From Pecten maximus (Eukaryota), in assembly GCF_902652985.1 (NCBI RefSeq), contig NC_047032.1, positions 30,194,001-30,258,000 on the forward strand: DNA of 64,000 nucleotides, written 5' to 3'. The notes under the pieces are model-generated. The model searched no databases. It saw only the letters and a program-made list of their open reading frames with translations, and was not told the origin of the DNA. Below are positions 51,220 to 62,065 of this stretch, piece by piece (position 1 is the first letter of the stretch; each line of letters starts with the position of its first letter). The position numbers and the translations under genes are program-made.

Positions 51220-53460
51220 ACACCTGATATTGGTATTAAGGACTGGAGAAGGAATGACACACAGGTAGGTTTTCCAAAGATTTGTTGAGGTATTTTGTGT
51301 ATTTACTCTGTGAAGCTATTGTCCCTTTCAAACCTATAACAATATATTTTAAACGTCTTATGTCCAACAGATAAGGGGTCAAGGATAACATGAATTTTAT
51401 GTTATCCTTGACCCCTTATCTGTTGGACGTTTTTCCATTTTTTGTTTATGTACTAAAAACTTCCTGCTAGGTGCCACAATCACAGCAGCAGATAATGGAG
51501 AATTGACATTCCCTGAGCTTCATTTTGAGGTCGTCTGACCCAATTATTATCTTGCCATCATGTTTTATCCCTTGTTGTGCACCATCCGTCATCAGCAATG
51601 AATCAACTTTTCATATTTTAAACTTCTTCTCTAGTTCCATCTGAACTGAAAACTGGTGAGGATGGTAAGGGAAGGATGAAACTGAAAGTGTTCTAATTTT
51701 TTGGCCTCATCAAAAGTTCAACATTGCAGTCATGGCAGCCATTTTATAACATGATTGCACAATCATTGTTTGCTTAAACTGCACCTATTTAAATTTCTCC
51801 TCACGTTTTACCAATTGGATTCATCTGAAACTTGCAAGGAATGATCACTGTAATATCCAGCTGACTGGATGCAGGCCTCTTGGACCTCTTGTTTGTACCC
51901 AAGTCACAAATATCCAAGTTCCAAATATCCCTCAAAGAGATGTTGCTGACCAAGTGTTCATAATTTCCGCGAAGGTCTGAAATCTACGATGCTGGTGTCA
52001 TCCATTGCTATCATCTCCAAAAACAATATTATTTCAAACTTCTTCTACTGGTGGCTTTGAGCTGAAAATTGGCGAGGCTGTTAAGGAAGCACACAAAGAG
52101 TTGTTATTGTTCATCCATGTCACAATCTGCAGTTCAGCATTGCAGCCATGGTGGCCAGTTTGTTACATGATAGTGCAATTATGGTTTTCTAAACAAATTT
52201 TATTTATCGTTGTTTACAGCATAAGCTCTGTAGAGCTTTTATTCAGACCACCACTGGGGGAACAATTTATTATTTGTTTATATTTATATTATTTTGGATG
52301 TTGGAGGAAAACCCACAGGTGGAAAACCAACGTGGCATCTGTGGGGAAACAACAAACCCAACAGACTTCATCCCATGCCACCAGCGCGACTTAAACCCAC
52401 ATTGTAGGGGAGAGTGGTCTGAAGGTCACGCATGACTGCACTGACGACTGTCAGCGCACTAGTGTTCACAGCTACCCAGGCAGGAATATAAATATGTTTT
52501 TTTTGTGCAATAATGCTTTTTTTTTTATTAAACAACACATGTACATATTTTAAACTTCTTAATTTCCACCAGTTGCTACAATAACACATGGTGTTTTATA
52601 GTCAGATGACTGTACAGGCCCCATGGGCCTCTTGTTTATGTTATTTGAATGTATGATTATGGTATATAATTTTGTATGTATGCCCGGTGGCTTTGGTATT
52701 GTTATGAATGCGTTACCAATACAATATAAAAATGACTAGGTGCATGGCAAGCGCGTAGCTGCCTGTACGCAAGTATGCAGGTGAATCCACTTCATTTTTT
52801 CATAAAAAAAATTGTATCAATATGAAGTCAAGTGCACCTTGTATACATAGTAGAACCATATAGTGACACTGACACATCGGGAACAGAAATGAGAATTAAA
52901 GTTTACTGGGGGAAAAAGCCGGACCATCGAACTCCATTTTATATTGAACTCCATTTTAATATTTTCAAAACTTTCCAAAACTTTCAAACTCACACCTACA
53001 GCACTCATGAATCCACTTAATCAAGGGCCCAGCTACACCCCTGCTGGAGGTTTGATAATTGAAAGTACTGCATGTTGATTTAAGCAAATAGCCATACAAT
53101 ACCAAATAATTTCAATCTTTTTTATAATATCCTGATCTCACAATTTGTTATTCTGTGTGATGTACATGTATATGACAACTGTAGTCAATCATAAAACATG
53201 AATATTATCACCCAGGAAGTTCATCCCTTATCAAGATTCCTCCTCAACTGTCGGTGTGATTGTAGTACTATAGGCAGCCTGTATTTAACACACACGTTTT
53301 TTAGTGACTGATACAGAGGGACAACGAGGGCCACATATGGATCACATATATAATAGGTTTGAAGGGGACACTTTGTGGTGTAAATACATAAGATTATAAA
53401 AAACCTACCTGTGTGTCATTCCTTCTCATTTCCTTTAATTAGTACCAATTTCCGGTGTAT
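51220..53460. mobile_element. Segment bracketed by ~50-bp inverted repeats (non-autonomous TIR element with nested insertions)
   Basis: gagaaggaatgacacacaggtaggtttt (~51246-51273) is the reverse complement of aaaacctacctgtgtgtcattccttctc (~53400-53427). Confidence 0.6.
51523..52637 (+). mobile_element. Helentron-associated (HINE/pearl-like) non-autonomous element, degraded
   Basis: Subterminal inverted repeat gtcgtctgac / gtcagatgac; 3' stem-loop aggccccatgggcct followed by cttgttt. Confidence 0.6.
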
Positions 53461-53884
53461 AGCAGGATATACAGGGATTTATGGGTAAATTAAGAATCTG
53501 ACTGTGCATTTTACAAGGTGTGGATACCGGTACCTTCATTTTGATGTAAGTCATTTGCATTTATAAGAAAATAGAGTTAATTATTATGGTTTGATATATT
53601 TAAATCATATAATTTCAAATCCAATACAACAATGGCATCAATTTCCCTCTAATTACCACATGTTTAACCAGGCATGATTTTGTACATAAAATGGATGATT
53701 TAACAACACTTCTACTTTCAGAATTGCGTTGATAGTGACTTACACATTTGTGCGCTAGTGTTTGAAGAGGTTTAAATTGCAGAAAAGACTTATAAAACAT
53801 CTGAAACGTTTTAGTTTCACTACAATTCCAAATCATGTAAGTAATATCCTTTAATATGAGTTTTGATGTCAAAGAACTTGAATT

Positions 53885-54030
53885 ATATTCATGTCCAGCA
53901 GGACACCCCACCTGGTCTCATTATACTGACAACAGTCAAACCAGTCGTCCCACTCCTAAAATGCCAAGCATAAGGAGAGAGTAGCAACTACCATTTGTAT
54001 AGACTCTGGTATGTCTCAACTCAGGGAACA
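53885..54030 (-). mobile_element. SINE fragment (Meta/MESC-like core), degraded
   Basis: Reverse complement reads ...gacataccagagtctatacaaatggtagttgctactc...cttggcattttaggagtgggacgactgg...tcagtataatg, resembling molluscan SINE cores. Confidence 0.5.
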
Positions 54031-54109
54031 GAGCCAACATTGAATAGACTCCACCATAAACAATTGAATGAATGAATTATATAAATGGGAATCATCTTGC
54101 ATGAGGACA

Positions 54110-55378
54110 TTGTTGAGTCAATTTGGTCAGAAACATCCTTTGGGGAAGGGGAACAGATTTTGCATAAATGGTTACTCTGACCCCCAAGGGGCCAAAGGGG
54201 TGGGGCCTAATGGGGAAATAGAGGTAATTCCTTCAAATCGCTACTAGTCATAAAGTTCTGAATGGATTTGAACCCAATTTGGTCAGACATATCCTTGGCA
54301 GAAGGGGATCAGATTTTGCATAAATGGTGACTCTGACCCCCAAGGGGCCTGAGGGGCGGGGCCCAATAGAGGAAATTGAGGCAATTCCTTTAAATCGCTA
54401 CTAGTCATAAAGTTCTGAATGGATTTGAAGCCAATTTGGTCAATAACATCCTTTGGGGAAGGGGAACAGATTTTGCATAAATGGTGACTCTGACCCCCAA
54501 GGGGCCAAAGGGGTGGGGCCTAATGGGGAAATAGAGGTTATTCCTTCAAATCGCTACTAGTCATAAAGTTCTGAATGGATTTGAACCCAATTTGGTCAGA
54601 AATATCCTTGGCAGAAGGGGATCAGATTTTGCATAAATGGTGACTCTGACCCCCAAGGGGCCTGAGGGGCGGGGCCCAATAGAGGAAATAGAGGCAATTC
54701 CTTTAAATCGCTACTAGTCATAAAGTTATGAATGGATTTGAACCCAATTTGGTCAGAAACATCCTTTGGGGAAGGGGAACAGATTTTGCATAAATGGTTA
54801 CTCTGACCTCCAAGGGGCCAAAGGGGCGGGGCCTAATGGGGAAATAGAGGTTATTCCTTTAAATAGCTACTTGTCATAAAGTTATGAATGGATTTGAACC
54901 CAATTTGGTCAGAAACATTCTTGGGGGAAGGGGAACAGATTTTGCATAAATGGTGACTCTGACCCCCCAAGGGCCAAAGGGACGGGGCCTAATGGGGAAA
55001 TAGAGGTAATTCCTTAAAATCGCTACTAGTCATAAAGTTAATTATGAATGGATTTGAAACCCAATTTTGGTAAGAAACATTCTTGGGGAAAGGGGAACAG
55101 ATTTTGCATAAATGGTGACTCTGACCCCCAAGGGGCAAAAGGGGCGGGGCCCCATATGGGATATAGAGGTAATTCCTTTAAATCACTACTAGAATGCATG
55201 TTGTAAACTCAGAGAGTCTGGACTTCATTATTTCTTTAAAGCAATTGGGATCCCCACGCTATAACCATATATAGCATTGTTTGAGGTTAACAACAAAACG
55301 AATTGAACATGAACATTATTTTGACATTTGGTTAAATCCAACCAGGTGAGCGATACAGGCCCCATGGGCCTCTTGTTT
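54110..55378 (+). mobile_element. HINE/pearl-like element carrying ~7 tandem ~157-bp (BIV160-like) core repeats
   Basis: aatttggtca recurs at 54120, 54276, 54433 and onward; 3' end caggtgagcgatacaggccccatgggcctcttgtt. Confidence 0.8.
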
Positions 55379-55639
55379 TCTCCAGGTACACCAACTTTTC
55401 TCCACCTCCAAAACCAGGCACATCCTTAAATTACCCTGACTGTTAATAGAACGTTTAACAAAATATATAACAGAAAGCCATTGTTATGCTTTCAGGATTA
55501 TTTCTGTGGCCATGCCTCACCACTGAGTTAATTTGAAACTAAGATTATCATCATACAACTGCTGTGATGTACAGTTTACAGGCCTGGACTAATCTCAGAA
55601 AAACAATTGCAAGTTTTGTAAACTCTGTCTGATTGGTCT

Positions 55640-55780
55640 TACGATGGGAAGAAACCGGAGTAACCCGGATAAAACTCACATGGTCAGGCAGGTGACCCCA
55701 CACCTATCTGATCAGTGAATTAGGCTTCAGGCACCCAGGTGAAAGTTGAGTTTTACCACTGCACTACCTGACCACCTAAA
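55640..55780 (-). mobile_element. V-domain-like SINE fragment
   Basis: gaaaccggagtaacccggataaaactcac is the reverse complement of a V-core-like motif. Confidence 0.5.
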
Positions 55781-55974
55781 CACTGACTGAAATATGCTTG
55801 AAGCATTCCGATGTTTTAATTTGTGATAGAAAAGAAACAGATGAGCAATACGTGTTCTATGGGCCTTTTGTTTAATCACAGGTGCCTGCTTCTGGTTAGT
55901 ATTAAAAGAAAGAAAAAATTAGCCCGTACTCTTACTTTATAAACAAGGTGTAACACTCGAGGATCTACGATGCA

Positions 55975-56226
55975 TCGACTGTGGAACGGAAGGTAAGATT
56001 TGATTGGTTGACAATTATAGTTAGTATTGTTTACAGAGCTGTCGACCAATCAGATTGTCTCCCTACATACCGCTCTAAAATATACAGATTACTTCCGTTC
56101 CACAGTCGAATCGCATCGCTGGCTATCACAATCGCTTTTCAGATCCATCTCTGCATCTTCTTGTCTTTAAAGCATCGTCACATAAAAAAAAAAACATGCG
56201 TTGATATCTAAGAATTCTAAACCAAG
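55975..56226 (+). promoter_or_regulatory. Probable promoter and non-coding exon 1 of an unidentified gene
   Basis: Two CCAAT boxes (gattggtt ~56002, ccaatcag ~56046), ETS-like cggaag and cttccg, CpG enrichment, donor AAG|gtatgt at 56227. Confidence 0.55.
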
Positions 56227-56430
56227 GTATGTTACTGAAGTTTATGTTCATTTGATATTATAATCGGATTGAACTTAAGTCTTGCAGTTTTTTGAGTGTT
56301 ACACCTTGTTGGTATTATAGTAGAGGCTAATATTTTTTCTATTAATGCTAACCAGAAGCAGACACCTTTTGTTTGATTTACCCACAGTAATGTGATTGTC
56401 CAACTTATAGATGTCATCTTTTTTCAGAGG

Positions 56431-56452
56431 ATGAGGAGCGTCGACGCCACAC
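56431..56452 (+). CDS. First coding exon of unidentified gene (MRSVDAT; exon 56428-56452)
   Basis: ttttttcag| acceptor and AC|gtaagt donor; phase 1 joins the 61325 exon in frame. Confidence 0.55.
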
Positions 56453-56669
56453 GTAAGTCATCATCATACACTGTTTATCAGTATTTCATTAGACCATTTT
56501 CATTATCTCGACTATACAAAGTTCTTTTCATCATGAAGTAAAATTTATATTTATCATGTGGTAAATAATAAACATTACCAGTACAACTTACAGGTATTAA
56601 GATTTATGATTATATCACTTGTTTTAAAGCTTCCTTTATAGTCTACATTAGGATTGTAGTGATCAGTTA

Positions 56670-57220
56670 CCTGTATGTGTGTATACATGGGGTGAGGACC
56701 AAACCCAGAATGCACTCCGACATGAAGAGATTTTTCATAATATTTTGTATTTATTAGGTCATATCTCACTTATCACTGAATGGATTTTTGTTTAAGGTGA
56801 AATTCACCTAGGTTAATTCGGCCACCACTTTCGCAATTAATATCGAACATGTATTCAGACAGTTTATATCATGTGAAAGAGTACTAAATTCTCCTTTTGT
56901 TGGTAGTTCCTGAACAAAAATCTGTTCAGTATCATTTGAGATATGGGTATTCGTTATAACAAAAACAGTTGTAAATATCGACATTTTTATTTCATATGGG
57001 TTCATAATGGCCACCACTTTCAGTTCTAATTTCTAATACTGTTGAATATAACTTATACCATTTTAAAGGTGATGAATTAACCTTTTTGCTGCTGGTGTCC
57101 GAACAAAAATCCATTCAGTAATAATGGAGATATGACCTAATAAACACAATAAATCACCAAAAATGTTTTCAGGCCTGAGTACATTCCGGGTTTTCTACTC
57201 ATCTGTATACATGTGTGGGT
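56670..57220. mobile_element. MITE-like remnant with long imperfect inverted repeats
   Basis: ttattaggtcatatctc..tgaatggatttttgtt versus aacaaaaatccattca..gagatatgacctaataa. Confidence 0.5.
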
Positions 57221-57235
57221 AGTGTGCGAGCTTGA

Positions 57236-58415
57236 ATGTTTGGGAAGAAGCATCTGAGTGAGCCCGTGAGGCTAAGGATTATGGGACACCCTGCCCCACT
57301 AAAGATTATGGGACACCCCGTCCCACTAAGGATAATGGGACACCCCATCCCACTAAGAATTATGGGACACCTTGTCCCACTAAGGATAATGGGACACCCC
57401 GTCGCACTAAGAATTATGGGACACCTTGTCCCACTAAGGACACTGGGACACCCTGGCCCAATAAAGACCCCGGGAGATTTAGTTGTAGTAAGGACATTAG
57501 GTCTAACGGATCAAGCATGGACAATGGGACATTTATAGTCCCAAACAGGATACAGCTTCAGATGTGGAGGTAGTACAGGTATTTAGAGTACGTCCAGGAT
57601 CATCGTCCATACAGATAATTGTCATGGAAGCAAGGATGGACTCTTGAGCAGAGATTACTATTCTGTCAACAGCGATATATGATAGACTAGGTAAAAAACC
57701 ACGCAAGGTGAAGGATGCTATCATGTATATGGCGGACCAGGATTCAGCTATGAAGGGCCTTATTATTACACCTATCGGTATAAGACTAGGGAATCACTCA
57801 TTCCAACACCGAGTTTATGTAGCACCAATAAATGAGGAAATGTTATTGGGTCATGATCTTTTCGATTCATAAAATGCAGACGGACACACTCATTTTAGAG
57901 GATGAACGGATTCCAATCTCTACAAAATTTAGGGGTGTAAGCCTGAAGTCGCCAGAGTCACAACTACCAAACAAATTGTTGTACCTCCTAACTCTGTAGT
58001 AAGAGTGTCCGGGAAAATGGATTGTTCGTTGAGCGACTGCTTTATTGAATCTTTCAACGATCTTGGTTTATCCATCCCCGCACTGTGTCTTATCCAACTA
58101 ATGTGGAAAGGAAAATGAGCGAAGAGGCAACTAATGTGGACCAGGACTTTATCAAGTGGATTTCTAATCTCAAAATCCATGAGATATTACTACCGGACAC
58201 GGCCATACAAGAATTACCGTCTCATGTGAGGACCGTATTTGAGGACTCTATCAAGCATCTTACAGCAGATCAAGCGACACAACTAAAGTGCCTGCCGGGT
58301 AACTACAGCGATGTGTTTGTGGAAACTGATTTTGACTTGGGGAGCTTTACGGAAATCGAACAACAGATTGACACAGGGGATGCTAAACCGATTAAACAGC
58401 AAATGTGGTGTACTC
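57236..58415 (+). mobile_element. Ty3/Gypsy gag-end/protease/pre-RT fragment, degraded (includes a 27-bp tandem repeat at ~57275-57455)
   Basis: DS*AEITILS (aspartic protease-like), MLLGHD, YSDVF..DFDLG..IDTGDAKPIKQ. Confidence 0.8.
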
Positions 58416-58985
58416 CAGATAAAGTACGGACCTTCCTGTCTGCGACTGCATGGAAAGACCAATCACTCCGTCCACTTCCTGGGTAAATTCTCCCGATTGC
58501 CAGTTGGCTCTTATGCAGTAATGGCATCTCTTATGCAGTAATGGCATCCTCCACATGGGTTAACATCTCCAGCTTTATGTCTGCCACATATGATGGACAC
58601 GGAGTAAGACTGTCCGGAACTCGTGAGAGTGCATCCGCATTTCCGTGCTTAACTCCTGACCTATGCTTGACGATCATGTGATACTGTGCAAGCTCCTCCA
58701 TCCATTGTGCTAGTTGTCCCTGTGGTTCCTTAAACCTTAAGAGCCCAGTAAGAATTGAATGATGTGTCTGTACGGTAAACTGTTTACCTAATAGGTAGTG
58801 TTTAAACTGTCGAGTGAATCTGACTATACTCAAAAACTCCTTACGTGTGGTGCAGTAAGTTTTCTCTTCTGCTGGTAGAGAAAAACTGCTAAAAGCAATT
58901 ACTTTCTCCTTGTTTCCTTGCACTTGACTTAGTACTCCCCCAATAGCGACGTCTGAAGCATCAGTGTCCAGGATGAAATTATCTT
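58416..58985 (-). mobile_element. Ty3/Gypsy RNase H fragment, inverted relative to the adjacent piece
   Basis: FILDTDASDVAIGGVLSQ, YCTTRKE, HYLLGKQFTV and HRSGVKHGNADALSR motifs. Confidence 0.92.
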
Positions 58986-60000
58986 TGTTTTTGGCTTCTA
59001 AATCTATTTTAACATGTTTTATACCTGTGGCAAGTGATATTTTACTTGAGACTTTTGTAGCGTAATGAACAAACATATCAATTACATATCTACAGGTAAG
59101 TGCCAAAATTTAACACACATGATGGTAAACGCCAAAATTTGACACACCAATATTTAACCACCCTATTTTAAGCAAAAAATGCCAAATTTTGGCAACGCCA
59201 AAATATCCCAAAGTGCAGTATCCAGTTAGGACTTGTGTCAAACATCATTGTGTGTGAGAGGTTTGATTGGATGAGAGTGTTGTACAGACTTCACATCTTA
59301 TTACCTGCACAGGTCATCCCTGTACTCTGCTTCCACTTCATTCTGCATCATGCCATCGGACAGTTTGTAGGACAGGACAGGACAGGATTTTGGACTTTTA
59401 CCTTAATCTGGTTAACATGGTCATTGGTGTCGCTTCTATAAGGTTTTACTTTGACATGCTCAAATCAGTCTCTCAAAGGAACAGATGATCATATATTGCT
59501 CCAGAAAATTGGCAATTATGTACATAGTCATCACTTTTGCGGATACACCTGACGGGTGAATCCACACCAAACTGTCAAGCAGTCAAGGTCAAGGACAATT
59601 TCCCTTGCTCTTGGTGAGGCTGAAGTTTTTATACTTGTCATCAAAATGTACCAAAAGTCCTAAATTACCCTCTTTCTAAGGAGAGGACCCTCCCATGAAG
59701 AGCGATGTTTTGTATATGGACTGGAGGTATGAGATTTGCTGCTTGATGAGTGATTCAGAGGTTACATCCTGTTCTTTGGTTCAGGCTCTAAGGCAGTCAC
59801 AGGGGTGTGACCCGCTGAGTATTGAGGACCATGGGGTCTCCAAGGGAGATTCTAGCCAGGCTTGATACATAAGTTTCGCCCTGAATCCTTTAGGGTATAT
59901 TGTGTTCGAGCTCCAGATACCTTTTATTCAGAATGCTAAATTTAGCATTTTGGCTAAAGTAGTACCAGATACAGATTATAACATGCAGTGCCCAATGTTG

Positions 60001-60742
60001 TACTAATGTAACAAGGCTTATAAAAGATTCTGTAGCGGATACTAATGTAACAAGGCTTATAAAAGATTCTGTAGCAGATACTTATGTAACAAGGCTTATA
60101 AAAGATTCTGTAGCGGATACTAATGTAACAAGGCTTATAAAAGATTCTGTAGCGGATACTTATGTAACAAGGCTTATAAAAGATTCTGTAGGGGATACTA
60201 ATGTAACAAGGCTTATAAAAGATTCTGTATCTCATACTAATGTAACAAGGCTTACAAAAGATTCTGTATCTGATACTAATGTAACAAGGCTTATAAAAGA
60301 TTCTGTAGCGGATACTAATGTAATAAGGCTTATAAAAGATTCTGTATCTGATACTAATGTAACAAGGCTTATAAAAGATTCTGTAGCGGATACTAATGTA
60401 ACAAAGCTTATAAAAGATTCTGTAGCGGATACTAATGTTACAAGGCTTATAAAAGATTCTGTATCTGATACTTATGTAATAAGGCTTATAAAAGATTCTG
60501 TATCTGATACTTATGTAACAAGGCTTATAAAAGATTCTGTATCTGATACTTATGTAATAAGGCTTATAAAAGATTCTGTAGGGGATACTAATGTAATAAG
60601 GCTTATAAAAGATTCTGTATCTGATACTTATGTAACAAGGCTTATAAAAGATTCTGTATCTCATACTAATGTAACAAGGCTTATAAAAGATTCTGTATCT
60701 GATACTAATGTAATAAGGCTTATAAAAGATTCTGTAGCGGAT
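60001..60742. repeat. Minisatellite, 39-bp unit (atactaatgtaacaaggcttataaaagattctgtagcgg)
   Basis: About 19 copies; source of the YRIFYKPCYISIR ORF. Confidence 0.97.
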
Positions 60743-61033
60743 GATTTCTTTGCAACACACCATAGACAGTATTTTGTGTTCGTATGGTGTTAGGACCATT
60801 AGTAAGAAACATCTAATGGTTGGCCCACATGCGTCTACAAATGTCTTGGCTATTGGTCACATAGCGTTCCATCATAGAACATGGCTTTGTACATGTCACG
60901 CTAGCCACATAGACGAACTTTGCCCAGCTATGCATTTTCTAAGTTTTCAACCAGACTTTTACAAAATTTTATGGGAATGACCAATACAATATGGAGATGT
61001 GCCCCTTGAAAGGATTTTGGATTTTTACCCCTA

Positions 61034-61090
61034 TTTAGCTCACCTGGTCCAAAGGACATACTTATGTCATACTGTGGCGTCCTGCGTGAT
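61034..61090 (+). mobile_element. Isolated 5' end of a HINE/pearl-like element
   Basis: tttagctcacctggtcc.aaggac; gctcacctg is the reverse complement of the caggtgagc subterminal motif at ~55343. Confidence 0.5.
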
Positions 61091-61324
61091 ATTGTACATG
61101 TCTAGATCTTGTAAATGCATTGTTGAAAAAAAAATCATCGAAAAGGAAAAAAGAAGTTACCAAAAAAAGAAGAACAATAAGGTTTCATTCCATTGAATAA
61201 TTAATTTGATTTTGTAAAAAAACCTATCAACAGTTACATGTATGTCCTTTTATGCAAGAGAGAAAGTGTGTTCAACTTCAGAAGAAGAACAAATCTTTTA
61301 ATTGGTGTGAGTTTTATGTTTTAG

Positions 61325-61401
61325 CTCTGATGAAAGTAGCAGATCAGATGGCAAAGGGGCCCAGAGCACAGGCCATGTTTAATTGCCTACTGAAATATGG
61401 G
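61325..61401 (+). CDS. Second coding exon of unidentified gene (PLMKVADQMAKGPRAQAMFNCLLKYG); gene continues beyond the window
   Basis: ttttatgttttag| acceptor and GGG|gtatgt donor; open in the frame set by the 56431 exon. Confidence 0.6.
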
Positions 61402-62065
61402 GTATGTGGACGCTTCCTTCTTAGAACCAAACTTTGGATCATGTTTTTACAGGACACATCATGATCACCATTACCAGTATTTGATGACAATATCAGAGCC
61501 ATGTGATGTACAGGCCACTGATCCACCCTCCAGTTAGGGTTTAAAGCTAGTTTAATCTAGAATTGTTGTGTAGAGTTTGACTAGAGCAAATATTACTGGC
61601 CTATAAGAAATCTATTGTACTCACAAAGTGTTTTCCTGTTGAATCATGGGTACAATTATGTTCCCAGCTTGGTTTTTTGGGTACATCCATGGTTAGTTAA
61701 CAGGAAAATGGTATAATGTATTCAAAACCTTACCTTTAGTTATATAAGATTAATTACTTGATTGGGATGATAAAAGCATGCTACCTATACCTAAGTCACA
61801 AAATGAAAAACGTCGACTTTAAATCAAGCTTTCCACTTTTTAATACCACACCAGAATTGTACACACAGTGATTTTGATGAAAAATACCTCTTTTACTTCT
61901 TGAGTATTTTTTTAACATATCATGAGGCTGGTCTCTTTTGTGTAATGGAATTCAACCACAATGATTCTCCTAATAGTGGTCGAAGCTGTGGCTTTAATAT
62001 AAGGGAGGAAATGGCCTACATAGGAGATATAGATAGAACAAACAGTAGCCACATCGTTTTAAATT

